This document shows positions 1-8,084 of a DNA stretch of 64,000 nt, piece by piece. The stretch is from Candidatus Eiseniibacteriota bacterium (GTDB lineage Bacteria > Eisenbacteria > RBG-16-71-46 > JAFGJU01): positions 22,871-86,870 of the forward strand of contig JAPLKG010000003.1 of assembly GCA_026388185.1 (NCBI GenBank). The letters are read 5' to 3'. The translations under genes were made by a program, and so were the position numbers. Positions within the stretch are counted from its first letter, which is position 1; each line of letters opens with the position of its first letter. The notes beneath the pieces were generated by a model. The model was not told the origin of the DNA. It did not search any database and saw nothing but the letters and a program-made list of their open reading frames with translations.

Positions 1-130
1 ACATCCAAGCGCCAGTATGCTGGGGGCACGCATGGTTGAGGTGATAGTTTCTTCTACAAATGGGGCAGATATGATACCGATCGTATTCCTTAATTGCCCC
101 ACCGCATGCGGGGCATATCCTGGCTCCCAC
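1..130 (-). CDS. 5' part of a RING-like / Cys-His zinc-finger protein (candidate E3), truncated by window edge
   Basis: Manual translation from GTG at 130, with GAGGTG RBS overlapping the E1 stop: MGARICPACGGAIKEYDRYHICPICRRNYHLNHACPQHTGAWM..., no stop before base 1. CxxC-x12-CxxC-x4-HxxH spacing resembles prokaryotic RING family 1. Confidence 0.7.
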   Translation of the reverse strand, partial: MGARICPACGGAIKEYDRYHICPICRRNYHLNHACPQHTGAWM

Positions 131-136
131 ACTGCA

Positions 137-1261
137 TCACCTCGAGGCAATCCAAGCCTCTCCCACGGTATTTCCTTTACTAAACAAGACTCGAATCAAA
201 TGATTTGGAGGGATATGCAGAGATCTGAGAGAATATCCGTCTTCAAGTTCTTCTGTATACTTATCTGGAACGACTGCCAATGCCCCACAGGCAGGACAGC
301 AAGATCTCAGGAACTTCCCAAGCAGGCATGGCTGGATTGTGTGAGAGCCACCACATCCACGACAAACGACGGAGTACACTATCTGTTTGTCGTGTCTAAC
401 TTCTACCTCAGAGCATCCGAGGGCGGCTCGAAGCCTATTCTTGATCGAAAGAACATCATCGTCTAGGAGAGACTCTAGAAGGACTTTCGACTTGTCTGGC
501 GGAGGAACATGAGCAGGGCAATTTTCTTTTCTTGGCACTTCCCAGGTCAGGAATGCCCCGTTTTCTCCATCGAACCAGAAGAACACACTACTCCGGGCGG
601 AAGGACCTGAGTGCTTCAGATGAAGGATCTTAATGCACTCTTGAGCTGCAATGCCTCCCGCTATTGCGCCCGACGTAATGACCATGGGGATCTTGGGCTC
701 ATCTGGAAGCATTCCTATCTTTGAGCAGCTGTGTCTTTCCCATAGTTGCTGATACTCCCTTTTGGTCCAGCTGCATTCAATACATGCTCCGGATGGTGTG
801 GCAACGAATACACTGCTGACCAGACCACCTATCCCCGTATCAACTAGAGGCGTACCGTGTAGCCGACAGTACCTATTCACCCATAGTCGTGCCTCCAGAT
901 TATCTACAGTCAAAACGACACAGTCAAAGGAACTATATTCGAGGCTACCGAAATCATAGACGACATCGCGGTTCCAGCCTCTGGTTGTGATCCCTGGGGC
1001 AATCTCCTTGGCACGCCTGGCGGCTGTCTCCGATTTGGACTTGCCAATGTCCTCGGCCCGAAACAAAACACATCTGTTCAGATTCACTTCCTCAACCACA
1101 TCGCTGTCCAGAACGCTGATTTCTCCTACACCTGTAAGAGCAAGATTCTTGATCACCTCGTTGCCTGTAGTTCCCGCACCAACAACGAGGACACGACCTC
1201 CAGAGACGGCTTCCTGACGCCATCCTTTTATCATCTTCTGTCTTGTATACCTATTCGACAT
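137..1261 (-). CDS. E1-like ThiF/UBA-family ubiquitin-like protein activating enzyme with C-terminal Zn-ribbon domain
   Basis: RYTRQ Arg finger, GAGTTG nucleotide loop, DSDVVEEVNLNR, GKSK, CIEC...CPAH Zn site, candidate catalytic Cys in RHSC, C-terminal CRGC/CPAC. Start moved to MSNRY (RBS GAGGA). Confidence 0.9.
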   Translation of the reverse strand: MSNRYTRQKMIKGWRQEAVSGGRVLVVGAGTTGNEVIKNLALTGVGEISVLDSDVVEEVNLNRCVLFRAEDIGKSKSETAARRAKEIAPGITTRGWNRDVVYDFGSLEYSSFDCVVLTVDNLEARLWVNRYCRLHGTPLVDTGIGGLVSSVFVATPSGACIECSWTKREYQQLWERHSCSKIGMLPDEPKIPMVITSGAIAGGIAAQECIKILHLKHSGPSARSSVFFWFDGENGAFLTWEVPRKENCPAHVPPPDKSKVLLESLLDDDVLSIKNRLRAALGCSEVEVRHDKQIVYSVVCRGCGGSHTIQPCLLGKFLRSCCPACGALAVVPDKYTEELEDGYSLRSLHIPPNHLIRVLFSKGNTVGEAWIASR

Positions 1262-2459
1262 GAGCCTGATGTTCCTCACTGACTATGACTTGATACTGAT
1301 GTGTATCCAGAATGGCTCTTTCTCGGTGGGACCAAACTCTAAACCTTAGCTCTTGTGTTGCCAATGCGTTAACGGACGGCGAAGCAATCAGAAAGTAGTC
1401 ACCGCAATATTCCTCAAGAGCACCCAATTCGGGTGTGGGCGAGTCAAAAAACCATCGCTTGCGGCTTTTGGTGAGAGCAGCGGTCGTTTTGGCATTGCAA
1501 TATACCCCGATCATCTGTAGACCTTTTCCGGGGTGTCCCGACGGTAAGGACGCCTCAGAGTGCCGAGACAGTGTGTTCGAAGACTGCGCGGCAAATCCTC
1601 TAATGTATTTTCGGTACTCTTCAATCCTTTCCAACCCTAAGGCCAGGGAATCCACTAGATTTATTAGGCTGCAGCCCGCAAGATGATCAGTATACCCAAA
1701 GAGCAGCCCACCACTTTGAGAGGAATGCATTTCCTGCCACAGCTTCTTGTTGACACGCACAGGAACAATCACCATTGGCATAGGGAAATTGAGTCCGGTC
1801 GGCCCGATTTTAAGCAGGTTATGCAACCGCGAGCTCGCTTGCGCTATCTCCTGTCCGAGGTCTCTTCCCAGCCGTCTCGCAAGTGCCTCGTCGATTTCGG
1901 GGCGTTTTTCCACAAGAATGACATTACCCCTTGCTACTCTCACCTGTGTGCCTTCGTTGTTCCACCCAAAGAAACCAATCCATTCTAAGTCTGACTCGAA
2001 GCCTTGCGACCTGACTCGACTCGGATCGACTACAGCTGCGACCTGATATTGCTCGGGATGATAGTCAGAGAAGTTCTTTGTGTCGGTCCCGGAGAAGAAT
2101 ATGCCCAGTTTCGGATGCGAATGATAATACCCTACAAGGATCGTGCCCTCTCTTAGCCGAACCGCCTCAACGTCTCTGAAGCTCTCGGGAACCATTCTCA
2201 CGTGGGTTGGAGTGGAGACGTAGAGAGCACGAATCGCTCTTTCGACGTAGGTAATCCGTACCCCACTATCGGCATCCATGGCAGGAAAACCCAAGAGATA
2301 CCCACCGACCTCATGGTGCATTTCTCCTGAGGCATGATAATACATTTCTCGCAACGCACCTTTTTGGATGAGAAGCAGCGGTAGGTCTTCACGTGGGAGC
2401 AAGTCGGAGGCTCGTACGAATCGTCGCTCATCATATCTTGTGACTTTGCCAACCCTCAC
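1251..2459 (-). CDS. JAB/MPN+ metallopeptidase (DUB-like) with a second degenerate MPN-like domain
   Basis: HEVGGYLLG ... VGYYHSHP-x6-SGTD JAMM motif. C-half repeats QSGGLLFG ... MIGVYCNAK without metal ligands. GTG start at 2459 inferred, just after the E2 stop. Confidence 0.88.
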   Translation of the reverse strand: MRVGKVTRYDERRFVRASDLLPREDLPLLLIQKGALREMYYHASGEMHHEVGGYLLGFPAMDADSGVRITYVERAIRALYVSTPTHVRMVPESFRDVEAVRLREGTILVGYYHSHPKLGIFFSGTDTKNFSDYHPEQYQVAAVVDPSRVRSQGFESDLEWIGFFGWNNEGTQVRVARGNVILVEKRPEIDEALARRLGRDLGQEIAQASSRLHNLLKIGPTGLNFPMPMVIVPVRVNKKLWQEMHSSQSGGLLFGYTDHLAGCSLINLVDSLALGLERIEEYRKYIRGFAAQSSNTLSRHSEASLPSGHPGKGLQMIGVYCNAKTTAALTKSRKRWFFDSPTPELGALEEYCGDYFLIASPSVNALATQELRFRVWSHRERAILDTHQYQVIVSEEHQAHVE

Positions 2460-2469
2460 AGCCTGATCA

Positions 2470-3015
2470 TCATCCTCGCGACCTGTCAATCCAAGCACGT
2501 AAGCGAGCCATATCAATAGGCCTTATGTAACGTGAAAGGTTTCCGCGATTTCTCTTCCACCACTCCATCGCTCCAGGATTCGCAGGAGAGTTGGCGTCTA
2601 TCTTCCACATACTACCTTCTTCTTGATTGTATTGAAGATACTCAATGATGCCGCGGATCCAGTCCGCAAGAGCCAGATCCGGCTGAGGGGTGCCACCCGA
2701 CCCCCAACACAAACGCCCGTCGGGCCAAATGTGTGGGTGAAAAGGAATTGGGGAGCGAAATCTCAAGCCAGGCACAGCGGACCATGGGTACCCTGATGCA
2801 ATCTCAGCCGCGACCAAAAATGTGTCACCAATGGCTGAAGAGCCGAGAGATGGATTGCCGATGAGACTCTGTATTCCCTTGATGGTCAGTTCGAATCGGC
2901 TGAAGTCTAAGCTCTTCCGCTCAACTTCAAATCGAAGGGGAAGGATGGAGTCTGCATCCAAGATACTTTTGATCTTCAATAGGTGTCGAATTTCTGTATT
3001 AAACCTCTCATCCAT
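2470..3015 (-). CDS. E2 ubiquitin-conjugating (UBC-like) enzyme
   Basis: YPWSAVP-x3-F-x2-PIPFHPHIWPDGRLC (HPN-x7-C type active site; C103 is the only Cys) and the NSPANPGA helix motif typical of UBC folds. Confidence 0.88.
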   Translation of the reverse strand: MDERFNTEIRHLLKIKSILDADSILPLRFEVERKSLDFSRFELTIKGIQSLIGNPSLGSSAIGDTFLVAAEIASGYPWSAVPGLRFRSPIPFHPHIWPDGRLCWGSGGTPQPDLALADWIRGIIEYLQYNQEEGSMWKIDANSPANPGAMEWWKRNRGNLSRYIRPIDMARLRAWIDRSRG

Positions 3016-3086
3016 AAGCAGCCCCTTTGAACAATCAAGGTTATTCTCTGTCCGCGGATCTATTCGGACAACTACTCATCACAGGG

Positions 3087-3335
3087 CTAGCCCCCAACCT
3101 CCATTCTGGCTAGGGTTAGCTTGTCTCCGCTTTGCACCAATTTGTCCAGCGTTGCATCCCCACTGATTGGCTTACCATCTGAACCCAGCAATTTGTATGA
3201 ACCCTCTGCTGGCAACCCCAGTTGAGGGGCCACCAACGTACATACCTGCTGCGCATTGTCACCCGGAAATATTTCCACTTCCGCAGAAGCTGTACCGCCA
3301 GCCCTAACTATGGTTACCTTCTTGCCCTCTGCCAT
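3087..3335 (-). CDS. Single-domain ubiquitin-like (beta-grasp) protein ending in Gly-Gly
   Basis: 82 aa, ...YKLLGSDGKPISGDATLDKLVQSGDKLTLARMEVGG-stop; strong RBS AGAGGAGG; first gene of the operon. Confidence 0.88.
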   Translation of the reverse strand: MAEGKKVTIVRAGGTASAEVEIFPGDNAQQVCTLVAPQLGLPAEGSYKLLGSDGKPISGDATLDKLVQSGDKLTLARMEVGG

Positions 3336-3558
3336 TTCTGCCTCCTCTTGTACGATTTCATGTTATTGAACGCCAAGACTCCATCTCCGCGCCCTTCAAA
3401 CTCCAGGGAAAGGCAAAATAGTAAAGCCCCATCAGAACCGATGAGACCTAGTCCATTTTATGAAGACGCGCGAATCATCCAGGACCAACAAAGCGTTCGT
3501 GCCTCCACTTATGTTCTTCTCACCAAAACATCAGTTGCCTTCGATTTATGTAGCACAA

Positions 3559-3587
3559 ATTGTATCACCAAAGTACCTACCGTGCAA
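3559..3587 (-). promoter_or_regulatory. sigma70-type promoter of the Ubl operon
   Basis: Minus strand TTGCAC-N17-TACAAT with extended -10 TG. Confidence 0.6.
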
Positions 3588-3898
3588 GCAGAAACATCTG
3601 GTGGCGCAGCGGCCGCTCATTCCACGAATAGTCAAGACCCAGTAGACGCTCTTCTCACAGTTAGGGAAATCTGAACCCGAGGACTTATCGAAACCTGGGT
3701 CATGCGAGTTTGCCGGCTGCCCCCCACAAGTGACCCGGCCTTCCAGTCAACCGGCTTCTTTCTCACAACAGATTCGCGTCCACCCGCGGATACATTTCGT
3801 GTCTCGCGGATGGAAAGAAGGCCGCCACAGAATTGGGCGGACCCTTACAGAGGCCCTCCACCCTCAAGCTGTAGATAGAGGAGCACTCCGCGGCGTCC

Positions 3899-6307
3899 TC
3901 ACTTCGGTGGGTTTGTAATGACCTTCACCGGCTTTTTGGCATCCTCATGTGGCCACGGCTCAAGCTCTTGAATGTGCCTGCCAAGTTCGGGATAGGAATC
4001 CAATCTCGGCACATTTCGCATGGTTACTTGGCCGAGGGAGATATCGTGAAATCGAGACGCCAAAATTTCTATGCTGCGGATCCCATCAAATGGCATGGCA
4101 TTGTAGAATACCCTGAGTACATTTTGGTCGATGCTCGAGATTGGTCCGAAAACTCGATTGAGGAAATTAACGCCGTGGTAAACCAGTTCCGTTCGTCGGC
4201 GCTTGCTTTCAGGGTCGCTCCGAACCATCCTTTTCATCAGTACCTTTCGTCTTTCTTCGTCCTGCTCTGCATGAAGCTTTTCCCTACGGTCACCCCCAAA
4301 GAAATCCAACTCAATAATTGGTCCATTTATCCTGGACAAAAAGTCGCGCCCCTTCGATTCGACTCTCAGGTGGTTGAGAGGTTTAGTAGAAGCAAATACC
4401 CAGACGCAGGGTTCGATACGGTATGTGGTCCCTTCCGATGCGAAAGAGCCGTCCCATATCGGGCCCAAAAGAAGACCCATAGCTGTGTGGCTCTCAATCT
4501 GGGCATCTATTTCATCCACAAAAACGAGAACGCGGGCCCGTGTACGATTCTGAACAGACATTATCTGTTTAAGCGAGTTCATTAGATCCTGATTAGAGGC
4601 CATCTGGGCGACCGAGAAACTGAGATGTTGAAAATCAAAATGCTGGGCTAGACACTTCGCCAGAGTGCTTTTCCCCCATCCCGGTTCCGCGAGAAGAAGG
4701 CAATTAAAGGGGTACCGTGGATCTCGTTCATTTCCATACGCCTGCAGCCGGGTTATCAATTTGTTTATCTCAGATCGCTTATCTCCACCGGGACAGATGT
4801 AATCCTTGAGCGTTCCGTGAGCGCGCCAGAGATGAATCTGCTTTTCCCCGCCTACCGTAACAACCCCTTGGCCAATCGATGAACGATTCCACTCGTGCCA
4901 GCTCGCCAGATAAGTGAGCCGGTGAGACAGTCTCTGGCGGGGCCCGACCACCGCTGGAGGCCAGGGTGGCCTGTAGATCGCTTGGTCGAAGGGTCCAGTT
5001 AGATTAGAGGGCTTCTTTTCCAACCAAGCCTTCGTACAGCTGTCAGTCCAAAGGTACGCGTTTCGGAGCGCCCAAGAGCACGCACTGCTCATAGAGTTCC
5101 GCAGAGGGACAAACATCTGGTCCCAGTATACAAGCGAAGAAAAGAAAACTGTGGAGCGTCCAACGCAGATAGGTTTCTTTTCACCTGGCGCGCTGGCGAT
5201 GTTGACGAGATAAGCGTCATCTTTCTCGCGGCTCCGATTAGAGTGCCTACCCCGGACCCTTTTTGTGCCTGTAGTGCTCGTCGCAGCAATCACTGTATCA
5301 TCCTCGAACAAGAGGGCAGCATTCTCCGGCTTTACTCGAACAGAGTGGATTGTCTTAGTGTGGAGATACTTCTTCAGCCCAAGGAGATCACCCAGGACTT
5401 CCAAAGCTGCATGCCCTAGGACGGTCGGTCCGTGGCGCCAGACGCGTACCCCGTATGTATACTCCAGCAACTGTTCATCGGTAAACGTCAGCCGCGGTTT
5501 CTTCCTCGCTTTCTTCAGTTCGTCCATCCACGTTGCGGACTCTAGCTTGCTCCGAATGTACCATTTAGCCTTCGGAAAGGCCCTATGGAGCCGTTTGACC
5601 AGCTCATTGTCGATCACTCCATAGCCGTGATCGACCGCAACAATCGCGTCAACCTCAGTTTTGGGAATGGATTTCTTGATCTCACCCACGATGCCGTAGT
5701 TCTTGTACTGATTGTCGAGATCCAGTTTCCAATCGAAACGATATTGAAGACGAGGTTGATCACTGCCAAACCCTTCATAAAGACGGACCAAGTGGTTGGA
5801 AGACGTATTTGTTGCGGCTTTGGGGCAGTTTGTCTTAACTAGATTGAACATCGACCGCTGGTAGCAGCACTCAGTTTGAGTCCTGAGATGCGGACACCAC
5901 CTCTTGGCCTTGCTATTCCAGTGCGGAGTCGTGAGACCGGATAAACGGTACGGTGTGAGCCCTATGCTCACATCTTTCTTGTCACACAGCAGACACATAA
6001 GGAGATTGCTATCACTTGGGTTCCATGCCGTAAGCAAAAGCAGTTCGCATTTCTCCACCATTGAAGGAACCATGGATTTCCCCGCTGAGACAGTGCGATG
6101 TTGAAGACCCGGACCCCGTAGGGTGCGCCAAACACTAGCTGCTCCGCAAAAACTTATGATCCGGCAATCGGCGTTTGGCAGATTGCTAATGTAGTGTTCC
6201 TTGCCAACGTTGTAGCTGTGGTAGATGTCTCCGCGCGACATCAGCCAGTTCTCATCGATGAAGGAATCACCAACAATGAGCACAACGCGCTTCTGGTTGG
6301 ATGGCAT
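3899..6307 (-). CDS. Fusion of degenerate PfkB/HldE-kinase-like domain and AAA-family ATPase
   Basis: N-term VLIVGDSFID...CGAASV, DAIVAVDHGYG (ribokinase/HldE-like; GAGD motif absent). C-term Walker A AEPGWGKS, Walker B VFVDEID, DFLSR. Start MPSNQ after AGGAGG. Confidence 0.75.
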   Translation of the reverse strand: MPSNQKRVVLIVGDSFIDENWLMSRGDIYHSYNVGKEHYISNLPNADCRIISFCGAASVWRTLRGPGLQHRTVSAGKSMVPSMVEKCELLLLTAWNPSDSNLLMCLLCDKKDVSIGLTPYRLSGLTTPHWNSKAKRWCPHLRTQTECCYQRSMFNLVKTNCPKAATNTSSNHLVRLYEGFGSDQPRLQYRFDWKLDLDNQYKNYGIVGEIKKSIPKTEVDAIVAVDHGYGVIDNELVKRLHRAFPKAKWYIRSKLESATWMDELKKARKKPRLTFTDEQLLEYTYGVRVWRHGPTVLGHAALEVLGDLLGLKKYLHTKTIHSVRVKPENAALLFEDDTVIAATSTTGTKRVRGRHSNRSREKDDAYLVNIASAPGEKKPICVGRSTVFFSSLVYWDQMFVPLRNSMSSACSWALRNAYLWTDSCTKAWLEKKPSNLTGPFDQAIYRPPWPPAVVGPRQRLSHRLTYLASWHEWNRSSIGQGVVTVGGEKQIHLWRAHGTLKDYICPGGDKRSEINKLITRLQAYGNERDPRYPFNCLLLAEPGWGKSTLAKCLAQHFDFQHLSFSVAQMASNQDLMNSLKQIMSVQNRTRARVLVFVDEIDAQIESHTAMGLLLGPIWDGSFASEGTTYRIEPCVWVFASTKPLNHLRVESKGRDFLSRINGPIIELDFFGGDRREKLHAEQDEERRKVLMKRMVRSDPESKRRRTELVYHGVNFLNRVFGPISSIDQNVLRVFYNAMPFDGIRSIEILASRFHDISLGQVTMRNVPRLDSYPELGRHIQELEPWPHEDAKKPVKVITNPPK

Positions 6308-6370
6308 GACTTCCTCCTGAATAATTACGAGCCCTCTATCTACACCAGCGGGAGGCGTCTTGCGCACGCA

Positions 6371-7672
6371 TCAAAGATCAGACCTTTTCCTTGCCCACCG
6401 CACAATGGGTCCGAGGACCAGTCTGGCGACAAACTTGGTAACCGTACTGCTGGAAACAAACCCTGCCAAAGATGGGGAAACAAAATAATAGAGTCTGACT
6501 GCGAATGCACCGAGGCGGGAGTGTAATAACACTTCATCCCGAAATCTACTTAGTGTCGCCACCTCTGATGCCAGCGGAGAGTCAAACGCAGCAGTTGCGA
6601 TGAAACAGCGCGAACCTACACCTTCCACCTTGTACAGGTCCATACCCGGGGGCTCGAACTTCAGCACTATGAGTATTGTTGTTTCCCCAGCCAATCTTCT
6701 GGCCTCATCGAGAACTGCCAGGTCATCCGGAGCGAAGGAGCCGACTAGCTTAGTTCGGAAGTTGCCTTTGTACATGGCTGCTGGTTTTCCTTCTCTCAGA
6801 ATCGTGACGCGATCCTTCCTGTATTGGCTCTCGAGTTCGAGTATGCCTTCCCCAACTTCCTTGATTCTGGAGTTTCTGGCAACCTCTGTCTCCGCTGTGC
6901 CAATCGATTCCAACAGTCGTACGGTATTCCTGCGCGACACTTCATTCGTGTCGTGACTGAGACAAGTTTTGAGATCCTGAACAGCCTTGTCTTTCTCCCC
7001 CATGAGCAGCCACAGGTAGCCTCGATTGAAGTAAGTCGGAGGGTGATCAGGAGCCAGAGCAATGGCCCTCTCAAATGCGTCTAGTGCGAGCTCGTAGTAC
7101 TCTCCAGCTTTCGCCTCCTGCCCGGATTTGGTAAGCTCTGCCCCCATCGTCTTGTACACGTTTCCTAGACTGTTGAGTGGATGCGGCATCTTTGGCGATG
7201 AGGACACTGCCCGTCTTGCCCACTCCAATGCCAAATCGTACTTCCCTTTGTGGGTGTATATGATGGCGAGGGAATTCATCGCATCAGCAGCGTCGGGCGA
7301 TTCTTCAACACCATATTCGAGAGCCCAAGCCGCGAGATCCTCCTCACCGAGTCTTGCAAGCTGCATTCCCATATGCACCAACATGCGAGCAAGAGGCCAG
7401 TCGTCAAAATCGGCGGGATGCTTGCACTTCGCTCTTTGCAGAATAGAAGTGGCGCGACTAACAAGCTCAAGCCCCGGAATTCGGCGAAGAACGTCAAGTT
7501 TATCCTCGTCGCTCGGAAATTCCTTGAGGATCTTGCTCCGAAAGCGGGCTTTCTCCGCTTTCGAGAGGTTTGTGAAGTGCTGCACTTCCTTCTTCAGTGC
7601 GCGTTCCATATCAATCAGCTGAATTGTCGACAGACCTTGCGTTTGTTGGTGAATGCTGTCGATTTCGTCCAT
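6371..7672 (-). CDS. TPR protein with C-terminal CFI-box-CTERM-like domain
   Basis: TPR repeats (AMNSLAIIY..G.Y..A; LNSLGNVY; YFNRGYLW). C-term CFIATAAFDSPLASEVATLSRFRDEVL...YY.VSP. Start MDEID after GGAGG. Confidence 0.85.
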   Translation of the reverse strand: MDEIDSIHQQTQGLSTIQLIDMERALKKEVQHFTNLSKAEKARFRSKILKEFPSDEDKLDVLRRIPGLELVSRATSILQRAKCKHPADFDDWPLARMLVHMGMQLARLGEEDLAAWALEYGVEESPDAADAMNSLAIIYTHKGKYDLALEWARRAVSSSPKMPHPLNSLGNVYKTMGAELTKSGQEAKAGEYYELALDAFERAIALAPDHPPTYFNRGYLWLLMGEKDKAVQDLKTCLSHDTNEVSRRNTVRLLESIGTAETEVARNSRIKEVGEGILELESQYRKDRVTILREGKPAAMYKGNFRTKLVGSFAPDDLAVLDEARRLAGETTILIVLKFEPPGMDLYKVEGVGSRCFIATAAFDSPLASEVATLSRFRDEVLLHSRLGAFAVRLYYFVSPSLAGFVSSSTVTKFVARLVLGPIVRWARKRSDL

Positions 7673-7826
7673 CTTGGATCCTCCATTCACGGAAAGGCCA
7701 GCAGCTGCGCTGGCCAGACTCAGGTGAAGGTTACATCAGAATAACGTCCGCGTCCTACCGGTGATGGAAATCTAGGGAGTTCTAGCTAAACGTATCAAAT
7801 CTGCCGGCTTGATAAATCAAAGCGTT

Positions 7827-7855
7827 AGTATATCACTAAAATACTGCCAGTGCAA
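7827..7855 (-). promoter_or_regulatory. sigma70-type promoter of the TPR-AAA unit
   Basis: Minus strand TTGCAC-N17-TATACT with extended -10 TG; palindrome TTAGT-N5-ACTAA overlaps the -10. Confidence 0.6.
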
Positions 7856-8084
7856 GGGCGAAATCTCAGTGGTGTTCCATTAACTGGTGCTGATTGAGGT
7901 CTGAAGGCGACCAGTCAGGGCGGAAATTGATCACGTCGCTGCTGCCAACTTGGAGACATCCAAGCCGATGGACCCAGAGAGTGCAGTCATTTGTTTGCAA
8001 CCACGACATGAGCTCCAGATTATCACACATGTGACATGACACGACAGTGCCCAAACGAAACGTCACCTCTATGCATTGCTCTTG

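Noticed and set aside
17..466. Plus-strand 149-aa ORF
   Set aside because: Antisense shadow of the E1 and RING-like genes, no motifs
137..3335. ThiF/MoeB-ThiS sulfur-transfer or CBASS Cap2/Cap3 interpretation
   Set aside because: A UBC-type E2 and RING-like gene are present; no thiamine, Moco or rhodanese genes; no CD-NTase in view; E1 and E2 are separate
3222..3674. Plus-strand 150-aa ORF upstream of Ubl
   Set aside because: Overlaps the Ubl gene and its promoter; no recognisable features
3899..6307. Calling it hldE/rfaE
   Set aside because: Catalytic GAGD motif and adenylyltransferase domain absent; AAA domain instead
7809..7820. FNR box TTGATAAATCAA
   Set aside because: Spacer is 2 nt, not the required 4
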